From NCBI GenBank assembly GCA_963697965.1, contig OY969108.1:34455-98454 (forward strand): 64,000 bases of DNA. Direction: 5' to 3'. The position numbers were made by a program, and so were the translations under genes. The notes below the pieces were generated by a model that saw only the letters and a program-made list of their open reading frames with translations, had not been told where the DNA came from and did no database searches. This DNA comes from an uncultured delta proteobacterium. Lineage in GTDB: Bacteria; Desulfobacterota; Desulfobaccia; Desulfobaccales; 0-14-0-80-60-11. This document shows, piece after piece, positions 10,328 to 20,711 of the stretch; position 1 is the stretch's first letter, and each line of letters begins with the position of its first letter.

Positions 10328-10735
10328 TTAGGGGCGGCGCCCTGATTCAGCTCTTTTGGCCTCCACTTTCTGATTGAATTTCTCTGCGTTAATTATAAAC
10401 CGCTCGTGCACCGCCTCGCCAATCTTTTCCTTTTCGTCAAAGCCCTCCACCTTGCAGGTAATTTTCCTGCCATCCACTTGACTCACTTCGGCGACCGCCC
10501 GCACCTCCATCCCCAGGGGGGTGGCGGCCAGGTGTTTCAGGTTCATGGAGATGCCCACCGACTGCTCCCCGGCGCCCAGGTGCGCGGCTATCAGTTCAGC
10601 GCAGACCCCTTCGAACAGGCCCCCGAGAAAGGGGGTGCCGAAAACCTCGGGGACGCCCTGGAAAAACTTGCGGGCCGAATGTTCCGGCCCGGTCTGCAGC
10701 CGCTTCTCATGCTTCATGCCGACCTCAATCGCCAT
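10328..10735 (-). CDS. Fluoroacetyl-CoA (FlK-like) thioesterase family protein
   Basis: VFGTP, SVG..HLAATPLG and HERFII motifs. Confidence 0.85.
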   Translation of the reverse strand: MAIEVGMKHEKRLQTGPEHSARKFFQGVPEVFGTPFLGGLFEGVCAELIAAHLGAGEQSVGISMNLKHLAATPLGMEVRAVAEVSQVDGRKITCKVEGFDEKEKIGEAVHERFIINAEKFNQKVEAKRAESGRRP

Positions 10736-10841
10736 ACAGCCTCCTTTTTATAGTAGTCAGTAGTTGGTTTTTGCTTTTTGGTTTTTGCTTTTTCTGGGAA
10801 CTGGCTACTAGCTACTGGCTACTGGGAACTGCCAACTTTTC

Positions 10842-11447
10842 TCACACCGCCAATGGCGCCATTTTGATGGGGGTCAGGAATTCGCCCCGGCCCAGGCGGC
10901 GGCCCAGATCCCTGGCCTCTTCCAATGGCTGGGGTTGTTCCAGGATAGCCCCTTTGGCGTCGGCGCCCCGCACCAGGATTTCCCCGGCATAGCTCACGTT
11001 GATGGCGTCGAAGAAGTATTTGGCGGTAAGGCGGACCCCCACGAACAGGAGCTTCCCCTTGGTGGCCCCCACCGCCAGGAGGACCCCCTGGCGGGAGCCG
11101 CCGGGAAAATCCTTTTTCACTGCGTAGCGCCGCGCCCACAGGGCCTGGGTGCGGTCGATCATAGCCTTGGCCTGGGCCGTAACCCCGTAGAAAAAGACCG
11201 GAGAGGCCAGGGCCACCACGTCGGCCTCCAGAAGCTTGTCGTAGATTTCCCGCATGTCGTCTTTAATGGGACAGGTGCCATCCTTGAAACAGTGGTAGAT
11301 CTCCAGGCACGGGGAGATCTTGAAGTCCCGCAGGTTAATCTCCTCCACCTCCGCCCCGGCCCCGGCGGCCCCTTCCAGGAAGGCCTTGAGGAGGATTCCC
11401 GAATTGCCGCCCCGGCGGGGGCTGCCCAGGATGCCCAGCACTTTCAT
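10842..11447 (-). CDS. Flavodoxin-like iron-sulfur flavoprotein / NADPH-dependent FMN reductase
   Basis: GSPRRGGNS, Cys cluster C..C..CPIKDDM, and ASPVFF. Confidence 0.85.
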   Translation of the reverse strand: MKVLGILGSPRRGGNSGILLKAFLEGAAGAGAEVEEINLRDFKISPCLEIYHCFKDGTCPIKDDMREIYDKLLEADVVALASPVFFYGVTAQAKAMIDRTQALWARRYAVKKDFPGGSRQGVLLAVGATKGKLLFVGVRLTAKYFFDAINVSYAGEILVRGADAKGAILEQPQPLEEARDLGRRLGRGEFLTPIKMAPLAV

Positions 11448-11706
11448 GGTGATCTCCTTCCGGTATTGCCTAAACAATATGGAAACTCGAGGGGGGATGT
11501 CAAGCGCTGATGATTTCTTTATGGTTTTCGAATCCCGGTCGAGCGGCCGCCCCGGGCCTCCATTCGCACCCGCGGGTACCGTCGCGGCCCCGACTTTATT
11601 TTGAGGAGGCATATTTTTCTTAAAATCGAGCTTGGCATGGACGGTTTTGGTATTATCTTACTAATAGAGTGATGGTGGTTTTAACTCTCATTTAAGGAGA
11701 ACTTCA

Positions 11707-12207
11707 ATGACTAACCGGTCTACTAAAACCCGGATGCTGGTCATGGGCTTGCTGCTGGCCCTGGGCCTCCTGGTCATGCCGTTGGCAAGCTGGGCAGCGC
11801 CCGCAGCCGCGGACTTTACCCTGAAAGACGTCCTCCAGGGGACGGATTACTCCCTGAGCCAATTCAGAGGCAAGGTGGTGTTGATTAATTTTTTCACCTT
11901 CTTTTGCGGGCCTTGCCGGGATGAGATGCCTGAGCTCAACCAGATCTACCACCAATACCAGGGCCAGGGTTACCAAACTCTGGGGATCGCCCTCAGTTCC
12001 GACCCCACCCAGATCAGATTTCTAGTGAAGCAATTGGGTCTGGACTATCCGGTGCTTATCGGCAATGACAAGGTGTCCGATGCCTACGGCAGCATCGCGG
12101 TGGTTCCCACCACCTTCATCATCGACAAGTCGGGCAACGTCGTCCAGAAGATCGAGGGAACGCGGAGCAAGGCAGAATTTGAGAAGATGATTCAGCCCTT
12201 GCTCTGA
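11707..12207 (+). CDS. TlpA/ResA-like thiol-disulfide oxidoreductase, exported
   Basis: Signal peptide, CGPC active site and cis-Pro motif VPTTFIIDK. Confidence 0.9.
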   Translation: MTNRSTKTRMLVMGLLLALGLLVMPLASWAAPAAADFTLKDVLQGTDYSLSQFRGKVVLINFFTFFCGPCRDEMPELNQIYHQYQGQGYQTLGIALSSDPTQIRFLVKQLGLDYPVLIGNDKVSDAYGSIAVVPTTFIIDKSGNVVQKIEGTRSKAEFEKMIQPLL

Positions 12208-12435
12208 TCGTACCTTTTTCCCGAAAAATACCTGGATGATACCGGATAGCTCCCGGGGATGAAAAATCCCCCGCACTCCCTTTTAAAGAGGGGGATTTTT
12301 AAAGTTCCCCCCTGGGGAACGGCGGATGAGGGTTTTACAGGAAAGTCCGGGAAGGCCGCGGCAGGGCGAAAAGACGCAGCCGGTCCAGGCGGCGTCCCAG
12401 GCCCTGCGGCTGCAAATCTCCCAAAGGAGTCCCGC

Positions 12436-14178
12436 ATGGGACCCTGGAATAACTTGCCGGATTGGGCCCAAGAACTGGAGGAACATCTCGAGGAGGGGGA
12501 AGCGGCCCTCTTCATCCTCCACGGGCAGGTCTATGATTATACTCGGGTAAACGGCGACTACCTCCCCTTTCGCCACTTCCTGGGCCAGTGGCTGGACCGG
12601 GAACGCCACGTGGTCTTTTACAACCTGGGAGCGGGGCTGGAGTTCGGGGATGCGGCGGGGGAGGAATCCTTCCGGGAAGCCCTGGAGCCCCAGGAAAAGC
12701 AAGAGGACGGCGAGGCTACCGAGGATGTCTCCCTGATCCGGGCCCTGGGCCAAGAACCAGTCCCAGCCCCCAAACCTTTACCCCAGAGTCCCCGGGAAGT
12801 GCTGCTTTTGTGCGAGCGGGTCATGGCTGCCCCGTCCCACCCTCCCCTCGGCAAGCCCCTGGCCCTGGTCCTGGAGTACGCCGAAACCATCGTCCCCGCG
12901 GTGGACCTCGGTTCCATGGGAGAGCCGGACCGGGCTGCCCTGGTCACCCTGCTGCGCTGGGCCCGGCAGGCGGACCTGTCGGAGCACGGCCATCTGGTAA
13001 TCCTCACCACCGGCAACCTGGCCGATTTAAACCACAATCTCCTCCTGAGCCGCCATGGGGCGCAGGTCCTGGAAGTGCCACCTCCGGACCGGGAGGCCCG
13101 GGTTCAATTCATCGATAAGCTTAGGTCCCAGGACAAGTATAATCTGACGATCACCTCCCAGGAGCTGGCCAACCTGGCCGCCGGTTTGAGCCTCAGGGTG
13201 CTGCACGCCTTGCTGCGCCGGAGCCTCATGCAGCCCCTGACCCCGGAGATGGTGCGCCGCCAAAAAAAGGACCTGCTGCGCCAGGAACTGGCGGGACTGG
13301 TGGAGGTCTTGGAACCCCGCTTCGGCCTGGCGGATATCGGCGGACTGGCGCCCGTCAAGGAATATTTTGCCCAGATTGCCGCGGCCCTGCAAGCGGGGGA
13401 AGTCAAGCTGGTCCCCCGGGGTATCACCATGATGGGGCCTCCCGGGGTGGGCAAAACCGCCCTGGCCGAGGCCCTGGCCCGGGACTCGGGTTTCAACTTC
13501 GTCAAGCTCCTCAATCCCCGCACCAAGTGGGTGGGGGAGAGCGAACGCAACTTCTTCAAAACCCTCCAGACCTTGCGCAGTTTGACGCCGCTCGTGGTGG
13601 TGGAGGACGAAGCCGACCAGAGCGAACACAGCCGGGATGAATACTCCGGCGACACCGGGGTGGGCAACCGCCTGCGGCAGATGCGCTTCGAATTCATGGG
13701 TGACCCCGCCATCCAGGGCAAGGTCCTGTGGATCAGGATCACCAACCGGCCCGACCGCCTGGACAAGGCCGATCTGCGCTCCGGCCGCTCCAGCGAGCGC
13801 ATTCCCTTCTTCCTGCCGGATTTCGCCGAGAAATGCCACATCCTCCAGGTGGTGGCCAGACGCAGCCTGATCCCCTGCGATCTGGACGACTTTGCCGAAG
13901 TGATCCGCTATCTGGACCAGCGCCATCCGGAAGTGATCACCGGCGGGGACCTCGAAGAGCTGGTCTTCCGGGCTTATCGCCAGGCCCGCCTGGCGGGCCG
14001 GGAACGGGTAACCCTGGCGGAGTTCCGGCAGGTGATCGATGATTTCCTGCCGCCGCACCAGGTGGAGGTGCTGCGGCAGCTGGAACGCCTGGCCCTGCAC
14101 CAATGCTCCTCTCGGCGCTTCGTGCCGGAGCGGGTCTGGACCTGGGCCGCCAGGGGCGAGGAGGGGGCGGAAGGTTGA
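12436..14178 (+). CDS. AAA+ ATPase (Ycf46/SpoVK-like, degenerate N-terminal module)
   Basis: Walker A GPPGVGKT, Walker B VVVEDEAD and SRH TNRPDRLDKADLRSGR; AAGGAG RBS before ATG 12436. Confidence 0.85.
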   Translation: MGPWNNLPDWAQELEEHLEEGEAALFILHGQVYDYTRVNGDYLPFRHFLGQWLDRERHVVFYNLGAGLEFGDAAGEESFREALEPQEKQEDGEATEDVSLIRALGQEPVPAPKPLPQSPREVLLLCERVMAAPSHPPLGKPLALVLEYAETIVPAVDLGSMGEPDRAALVTLLRWARQADLSEHGHLVILTTGNLADLNHNLLLSRHGAQVLEVPPPDREARVQFIDKLRSQDKYNLTITSQELANLAAGLSLRVLHALLRRSLMQPLTPEMVRRQKKDLLRQELAGLVEVLEPRFGLADIGGLAPVKEYFAQIAAALQAGEVKLVPRGITMMGPPGVGKTALAEALARDSGFNFVKLLNPRTKWVGESERNFFKTLQTLRSLTPLVVVEDEADQSEHSRDEYSGDTGVGNRLRQMRFEFMGDPAIQGKVLWIRITNRPDRLDKADLRSGRSSERIPFFLPDFAEKCHILQVVARRSLIPCDLDDFAEVIRYLDQRHPEVITGGDLEELVFRAYRQARLAGRERVTLAEFRQVIDDFLPPHQVEVLRQLERLALHQCSSRRFVPERVWTWAARGEEGAEG

Positions 14179-14400
14179 GTTAGAGGGGAGCGGGGAATTC
14201 TTTGCAAGTGATTGGCAAAAGAAAGAAATCCATTTTGCCTATGATTTAGCTCTTCTATGGTTAGTTTCTGAGCCGCAGGCTCTATTTTGAGAACTTCAAA
14301 TCCCCCTAAATCCCCTCTTTTCCAAAGGGGGACTTAAAACCCCTCTTTTTCAAGGGGGGGGACAAAAGCAAGGGGGGAAAAGTGGCAAGGAAGGGCAATT

Positions 14401-15192
14401 ATTAGCGACCAGATCATCATCGAGGGCAGCGAAGTTATCCTGATGGAGAAGGAGGGCCCTTCGCCGGCCCGGGTGGCCCGGCGGGCGCCTCTGGCCTCCC
14501 TGCTGCGTTACGTCTCCCGGGTGATGCCGCCGCCCCTGCCGCTTCTGCCCCCAGGAAGCCGCTGGCTCCGCCAAAGGAAGGACTTGCTGCTGCTGGCCGT
14601 GGAAGACCCGCCCCAGTGCCGCACCCTCAGGGTGAGCGGCGGCAGGAAAGGGGAGGACGGCTACCGTTCTTATCGCCTGGCCTTTCCGTACCTGGTCTAT
14701 CTCCTCACCTTCCATCAGGGCAATTTCGAGGAGATGAAGATGTTTTTCCGGGTGGCACCCCTCGCTTCCCAGGAAGACACCCTTTACCACACCTGCCTGC
14801 CCAATGTCCGGGGAGAGCCGGGCCATTACGGCTCCCAGAGGGTTTGCCTGCGCTACCGGCCGGAGCTGCTGGAAGGCGTTCCCCTGGCGGAGGCGGTGCC
14901 GGCCCTCCTGGACTTTTTCTGGAGTACCGGTTTCAACCAGGACATCAGCAACAGCGCCTTTGCGCGGGCCGCGAGCCTCTTGCCGGACCCCCGCCTGGCC
15001 GACCTGGCCGCCTGGGAGAAGGCCACTGCGGCAGATCCCCTCTTCCCCCTGGAGGTCGATTGGGAGGCGGCTGACCGGAAGCTCCCGGATTTGTGGGCGG
15101 AATGTTTGAAACTGCACGGCGAGACCGGGCAACCGGTGCAAGACGCCATGGAGCTGGCCGACATCCTCTTCCGCTTGCCGGTGGAGTATTGA
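14401..15192 (+). CDS. Prokaryotic E2 family D-like (PRTRC protein B-like) protein
   Basis: YRLAFPYLVY..LYHTCLPNV..G..RVCL..FFWSTGFN pattern. The first ATG is at 14443, but the frame is open from ATT 14398/14401. Confidence 0.65.
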   Translation: MSDQIIIEGSEVILMEKEGPSPARVARRAPLASLLRYVSRVMPPPLPLLPPGSRWLRQRKDLLLLAVEDPPQCRTLRVSGGRKGEDGYRSYRLAFPYLVYLLTFHQGNFEEMKMFFRVAPLASQEDTLYHTCLPNVRGEPGHYGSQRVCLRYRPELLEGVPLAEAVPALLDFFWSTGFNQDISNSAFARAASLLPDPRLADLAAWEKATAADPLFPLEVDWEAADRKLPDLWAECLKLHGETGQPVQDAMELADILFRLPVEY

Positions 15193-15320
15193 CCCAAGCG
15201 GCGCCTTGCAACCCTGGCCCAGCAGTCCCTCCTTCCCCCAACCGGTGCCCGGTGCGTCCGGGCCCTTTACCACCCCCCAAAAAATCGCTTTCAGGAACCG
15301 GCCCGGCTATTTTCCTCAGA

Positions 15321-15509
15321 TCACTCGATCTTGGCATGGGTTTGAAAGGTGAAGGACACCTTGGTGCCGGGATGGGAACCATGCAAGGAGACGTCCATCA
15401 GTTTCTGCACCGCCCCCAAGATCTCCCTCGAGTTGCTTCGGTTGAAATCGCCTCTGAGCTTCAGATAGAAGTTTTCCCGCTTCCGGCGAATCGATATTTG
15501 CGGCTGCAT
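15321..15509 (-). CDS. Small STAS-like hypothetical protein
   Basis: FYLKLRGDFNRSNSREIL resembles a STAS N-terminus; GGAGAGG RBS-like sequence upstream. Confidence 0.45.
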   Translation of the reverse strand: MQPQISIRRKRENFYLKLRGDFNRSNSREILGAVQKLMDVSLHGSHPGTKVSFTFQTHAKIE

Positions 15510-15923
15510 GTGGAAATCCCCCTCTCCAGGGTTCCTTTAACCTCTTCATAACACAACCCTGGATAACTGCATTTGGGACATTCCTAATTTCGTCTCCAAT
15601 TGGTGCCGGATTAGGGTCACGGAATATCTCATAGCAAAGAAGAAAGGTGATATTTCCTGTATTACATCAAACAATATCCGGTACTTATCCGGAAGCCTGG
15701 GCCGGGCGCCGGCCCTTTTTTCAGCCATAATAAATAGCGGTCCCAATCCGCACCGCTACCGTTGGGAAGGAGAGGCGCAGGCCAATTTCTGCAAATTGGC
15801 CGAGACCTACCGGGTTTTAAGCTCTCCCAAGCCGCGGGTTGAGCCCCCGAGGTCCGCAAGTCACCTTCAGATTTTCCCAATGGCGGCGACTGCGATAATA
15901 ATGGGCGAGCAAAGTTTGCGGGG

Positions 15924-16577
15924 TCATACTCCCAGGGAGGTCAGGCCCTGGCGAATGGCATATTTGGTGAGTTCGGCAACGTTGTGAATGCCCAGCTTGT
16001 TCATGATCTGCTTGCGGTGCGCTTCCACGGTCTTGCTGCTGAGGCATAAGGTATTGGCGATTTGCAGGGTGTTTCTCCCTTCGGCCATGAGCTGCAAAAC
16101 CTCCCGTTCCCGAGGGGTCAGCAGGGTATAGGCCGAGCAGGGTTCCTCGGCCAGATTGTGGGCGAAGTCCTTGATCAAAATATCGGAAACCCCGGGGCTG
16201 ATATAGGTCTTATCCCGCATCACGGTGCGGATGGCCTTCACCAATTCTTCCAGGGCGCAGTCCTTCAAAAGGTATCCCCAGGCCCCGGACCTGAGCATAT
16301 TCAGCACGAATAGACTGTCGGAGTGCATGGAGAGGGCAATGATCTTCACCTTGGAATCAGTGGCGACGATCTGGCGGGTAGCATCAATGCCGTTTAAATC
16401 GGGCATGGAGATGTCCATGATGATCACATCCGGTGTCAGTTCCTGCGCCAGCTTCACGACATCGCGGCCATTGTCGGATTCCCCCACCACCTCCATGTCA
16501 GGCTCGCAGGCCAGCAACATTCGCAATCCCTGGCGGACTATCTGATGGTCATCTGCCAAGAGGATTTTAATGGGCAC
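15924..16577 (-). CDS. NarL/LuxR-family response regulator
   Basis: REC domain (LADDH, MDISMP, YLLK) plus HTH LTPREREVL. Confidence 0.93.
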   Translation of the reverse strand: MPIKILLADDHQIVRQGLRMLLACEPDMEVVGESDNGRDVVKLAQELTPDVIIMDISMPDLNGIDATRQIVATDSKVKIIALSMHSDSLFVLNMLRSGAWGYLLKDCALEELVKAIRTVMRDKTYISPGVSDILIKDFAHNLAEEPCSAYTLLTPREREVLQLMAEGRNTLQIANTLCLSSKTVEAHRKQIMNKLGIHNVAELTKYAIRQGLTSLGV

Positions 16578-16677
16578 GATATGATCCTCGAATCATCTCA
16601 GGAGACAGGCGGGAGAAGAGGAGCTTGGCAGTTCCTCAGGACGAACCCGGTCCAGGTGTAACCCCGGAAAACATAGC

Positions 16678-16756
16678 TACTTTTTTCCTAAAATTCACTT
16701 AGGAAAATCCTAATTCTGGATGGGAATAATCCTGCATTCAGCTTGGGAAAAACCCT
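16678..16756. promoter_or_regulatory. Phased pseudo-palindromic sites, candidate response-regulator operator
   Basis: TTAGGAAAATCCTAA (16699-16713) with related 12-mers starting at 16678, 16700, 16722 and 16745. Confidence 0.5.
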
Positions 16757-16821
16757 CATTCATGGATTAAATATGAATAATAACAACAAGTTATCCTAGT
16801 TCTCCCACGAAATGGGGGCCC

Positions 16822-17485
16822 CTATTCCTCCAGAGAGGTCAGTCCTTGCCGGATGGCGTATTTGGTCAACTCGGCCACGCTGCGAATTCCGGACTTGCTC
16901 ATAATCTGCTTGCGGTGCGATTCCACCGTCTTGACGCTGACGCAGAGGCAGTCAGCAATCTGATTGGTGGACTTGCCTTCCGCCATAAGCTGCAGCACCT
17001 CCCGTTCCCTGGCGGTCAGCACCGAAAACGCCCCGGCAGGGTCAGCGTGTTCCCAGCCGCTGACAAAGTCTCTGATGACCACGTTCCGAGATGCCGGGGC
17101 TCAGATAGGTCTTGTTTCCCATGACGGTGCGAATGGCCCTGACCAGATCTTCCAGGGCACAGTCTTTCAGGAGATATCCGGAAGCGCCGGCCTTGAGCAT
17201 GTTTAACACGAAGAGACTGTCGGAGTGCATGGAGAGGGCAATCACCTTGACCCCGGTGCGCTCCGCCAGGATCTGGCGGGTCGCTTCGATGCCGTTTAAG
17301 CCGGGCATGGTGATGTCCATGATCACGATATCGGGTCCAAATTTTTCCACCAGCGGCAGCACCTGCCGGCCGTTATCCGCCTCGGCCACCACCTGCATAT
17401 CCGGCTCTGCCGCCAACAGATTGCGCAACCCCTGGCGGACGATTTGATGGTCGTCCGCCAGCATGATTTTAATGGTCATCCCCAT
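16822..17485 (-). pseudogene. NarL/LuxR response regulator with a +1 frameshift near 17084
   Basis: The REC half (17042-17485) and HTH half (16822-17082) are in different frames; removing one base gives SPGISDVVIRDF. Confidence 0.85.
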
Positions 17486-20136
17486 TTCCTTGTACGACTT
17501 TTTTTAGCATAGTCCAAGGGCAACATCAAGGTGACCTGGGTACCTGCGTCTTGCCCGGAGACCACATCCACACCCCCTCCAAGATAATGCAGGCGCTCCC
17601 GAATGCTGAAGAGACCGAAGCCTCTCCCGTTATCTTCGCTGACGGCACCCTGGGAGCCGTTAATCCCCACCCCGTCGTCCTTCACTTCGATGCAGACCCG
17701 GCCGTCATTGCGGCGAATGATATTGACCCAGGCGTGCCGGGCCTGGGCATGTTTGACGATGTTAATCATCAACTCCCGCACCGAGCGGAAGAGGAGCACT
17801 TTCAGTTCGTCATCGACGGGGATGGGAACCGTGTCCGGGGTAAATTCCACCTGCAGGCCATGCTGGGTCCTGATGTGCTTGGCGAACCATTCCACCGCGG
17901 CCTCGAACCCCAACTCATAAAGCACCGGCACACTCAGCTCGAAGGTCAGGGACCTGGTGTCCTGGATCATCTTTTCGATGAGTTCGCGGACCTCCCTCAA
18001 GGGGTTGGCGATATCAGGGACAGTTACAGTTTTCTGTAAAACCCCCAGCTTGATCTTGGAGACGGCCAGGGTCTGGCCGATATGATCATGGAGATCGTTG
18101 GCCAGACGCCGCCTTTCCCGTTCCTCCGTCAGCGAGAGTTCCGAAGCCAGGGATTGAAGGCGCGCCTGATTTCTCCGGATCTCGTCCTCGGCCTTCCTGC
18201 GCATGGTAATATCTTGGCTCATGACGATGGCGAACTGGGACTCTCCCCCGGGCCCCCGCAGGACCGAAACCGTCACCTGGCCCCAAACGGTTTGGCCGTC
18301 CTTGCGGATATAGCGCGTTTCCCGGCAGAAGGATTCCCGTTTCCTCAGAACCAAATCCTCAAACAGCCCCACGCTTTGAGGGGCATCGTCCGGATGGATG
18401 ATGTCCTTGAAAGACTTCAGGAGCAGCTCTTCTCCGCCGTAACCCAGCATTTCCTGGAGGGCGGGATTGCTGTCCAGGTGGTAGCCGTCCATATCCATCA
18501 GGGAGATGCCGATAGCGGCTTCCTCAAAGATTTTCCGGGAGCGCCTCTCCGTTTCCCGGAGAGCGGTGATGTCGCTGAACATGGCAAAGGCCCCACTAAA
18601 CTGGCCGTTTTCGAAAAGCGGCACCGAACTCATGATCACCGCGGCCAACCCCCGGTTTTTACAGAGCAGTTCCAGTTCCTGCTGAGCCACGTTATTGCTG
18701 CGGTTCTCCTCCAGGGATTTCTTCATGAGCTTCCAGTTGTCCCGGTTGAACAACTTCTGGATATTCTTATTCTCCAGGTCCTCATGGCCGGTGATTTCCC
18801 GCATGCGCCGGTTGGTGAATTTGATCAGGCCCTGCTCGTCGATGATCCAGATGCCCTCGTGGGCGTTTTCGATGAGTTCCCGGTACTTGCGCTCCGACAT
18901 CTCCAGCTTGCGATAGAGGACGGCGTTCTCCAGGGCAATGGCGATCTGGTTGGCAAAACTGACGATAAAATCCCGGTCCCCTCCGGTGATCATAGCGCCC
19001 GGCTCAACCCGGTCGGCCAGCAGCACCCCGATCACTTTGCCCCTGACGGTGAGGGGCGCCAGGATAAAGGCCTGGGGCTTGAAATGCTCAATCAAGGGAT
19101 TCTTCATGTTGAGCTTGCTGCGTTCCACATCCTGGACCACCACCGGAATGCCGGTCATGGCCACCCGGGCGATGATGTTGTCCACCTTGGAAATGGGGAT
19201 CTGGTAATTTTTTACCTGTTCAAACATCTCGGGGTCGATACCCTCGGCAAAACTGAACTCCAAAACCTCGCCCTGCTCATCCAGCAACAGGATGGCGGCC
19301 CTATCCAGCTTGGCGGAATTGATCAGCAATCGCAAAGTCACTTGCAGGAGCTTCTCCAGATTGAGCACTGACAGGGTGGCCGTGCTGGTCTCCTGGAGGC
19401 AGATGAGCTGGTCGATCTTCTCGTTGAGCTGGATATTCAGACGGTGGACCTCATCGAACTTTCTCTTCAACAGCTCCTTGTCACGCTCCAGCTCTTCAAT
19501 GGTGTAGGTGAGGGCCCGCCAGGGCACCAGGAGCTTCATCAGGTAATCTTTCAGGAAGAACATCTTCTGCCATTTCAGGTGGTATTCGCAGTAATCGTCT
19601 CCCTTGAAAAAACACTTGGTCTCCTCCAGGATCAGGGGCGGCATGTTCCAAATAGTGGGAATGCCCGTGTAGATCCCCTGATTGAACAGGCAAAAATCGA
19701 CGCTCGCCGGAATATCTTTGAACCAGTGGAGGCGCACCACCGCGCTGTCCCGCGTGGTTTCCACCAGCTCGATGGTCTTATTCCTATTGAATTTATCGTT
19801 GATGGCCTGCACTCGGTGCAGCGTGCGGCGGGGACTTTGACAAGCCAACATGAGAATCCGCTGCACATAACCCAGCTTCTTCCGGGAGGCGGATTCATAA
19901 CCGATCTTAAAGGCTATCTCTTTGTTTCTCGCCACCTTTTTGGCATTATCAAACATCGTGGTGACCACGTCGCTGGACACCCAGTTGTTGATTTCCATCA
20001 AAAATTCTTGCGGATTGAGCAGTCCTTCGATTTCCGGTCCCAGGCCGTGGAAGAGTTTAGGCAAGTCCTCCGGAATGGTCTCCTGGAAGTATTCGATGAT
20101 GGCACGAGTATTGATGCAGCTATTATGCTTTTCCAT
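17476..20136 (-). CDS. Sensor histidine kinase, V4R-like + GAF + 2xPAS + HisKA_3/HATPase
   Basis: ETKCFFKGDDYCEY (V4R-like), ERRRLANDLHDHIGQ, DDGVG and GFGL motifs. Confidence 0.88.
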   Translation of the reverse strand: MEKHNSCINTRAIIEYFQETIPEDLPKLFHGLGPEIEGLLNPQEFLMEINNWVSSDVVTTMFDNAKKVARNKEIAFKIGYESASRKKLGYVQRILMLACQSPRRTLHRVQAINDKFNRNKTIELVETTRDSAVVRLHWFKDIPASVDFCLFNQGIYTGIPTIWNMPPLILEETKCFFKGDDYCEYHLKWQKMFFLKDYLMKLLVPWRALTYTIEELERDKELLKRKFDEVHRLNIQLNEKIDQLICLQETSTATLSVLNLEKLLQVTLRLLINSAKLDRAAILLLDEQGEVLEFSFAEGIDPEMFEQVKNYQIPISKVDNIIARVAMTGIPVVVQDVERSKLNMKNPLIEHFKPQAFILAPLTVRGKVIGVLLADRVEPGAMITGGDRDFIVSFANQIAIALENAVLYRKLEMSERKYRELIENAHEGIWIIDEQGLIKFTNRRMREITGHEDLENKNIQKLFNRDNWKLMKKSLEENRSNNVAQQELELLCKNRGLAAVIMSSVPLFENGQFSGAFAMFSDITALRETERRSRKIFEEAAIGISLMDMDGYHLDSNPALQEMLGYGGEELLLKSFKDIIHPDDAPQSVGLFEDLVLRKRESFCRETRYIRKDGQTVWGQVTVSVLRGPGGESQFAIVMSQDITMRRKAEDEIRRNQARLQSLASELSLTEERERRRLANDLHDHIGQTLAVSKIKLGVLQKTVTVPDIANPLREVRELIEKMIQDTRSLTFELSVPVLYELGFEAAVEWFAKHIRTQHGLQVEFTPDTVPIPVDDELKVLLFRSVRELMINIVKHAQARHAWVNIIRRNDGRVCIEVKDDGVGINGSQGAVSEDNGRGFGLFSIRERLHYLGGGVDVVSGQDAGTQVTLMLPLDYAKKSRTRKWG

Positions 20137-20711
20137 TACCGGGCCAAACCCAAGGACCCGATTCCAGCCGGGCCCCAAAACTTTGCCTGATTAGTAACGA
20201 GATTCCCTGTTACGCTTCGCCGGCGGGGGCTCCTGCCGCAAGCATTTCCCCCGGCAAAGGGCACCCCCACAAAAACAAGAAATTTCTTCATCCGGCAAAC
20301 CAGAAAATCTCGAGCCTCCCAAGACAAAATCAAAGAAAAACTTGCTTATGATAAGTATACTATAATAATAGAAGTACTGCTTGTGTCAAGTATAACATTA
20401 GGGGGGATTTTTGCATGGGACCGAAAATAAGGATAACTATCTGATATATCAAGATAATGATTTGCAGGGAATCCGGTTTCTTCCCAAAAATGCGGGTAAT
20501 TACGAGGATTTCCGTGCCTTTTCCCGATTGCCAGAGACTAGGGTACCCTATTATAGAATAAAGTCGGGGATTATTTTGCCCCACTGACAAGAGAGATCGG
20601 ATGGTCTAAAGCGGAGCTCTCGCTTCTCCTGGGCTAATCTCAGGAGTATCCGGTCTCTCCCGGATATCATTTGGTTCTTCGGCAGAATGGCCAGTTCCAG
20701 GAGGTGGCAGT

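Noticed and set aside
11707-12207. TlpA as a second selenoprotein
   Set aside because: It has an ordinary CGPC motif and no in-frame TGA.
12259-12435. Longer N-terminus of the AAA ATPase
   Set aside because: It overlaps an intergenic repeat; the RBS supports ATG 12436.
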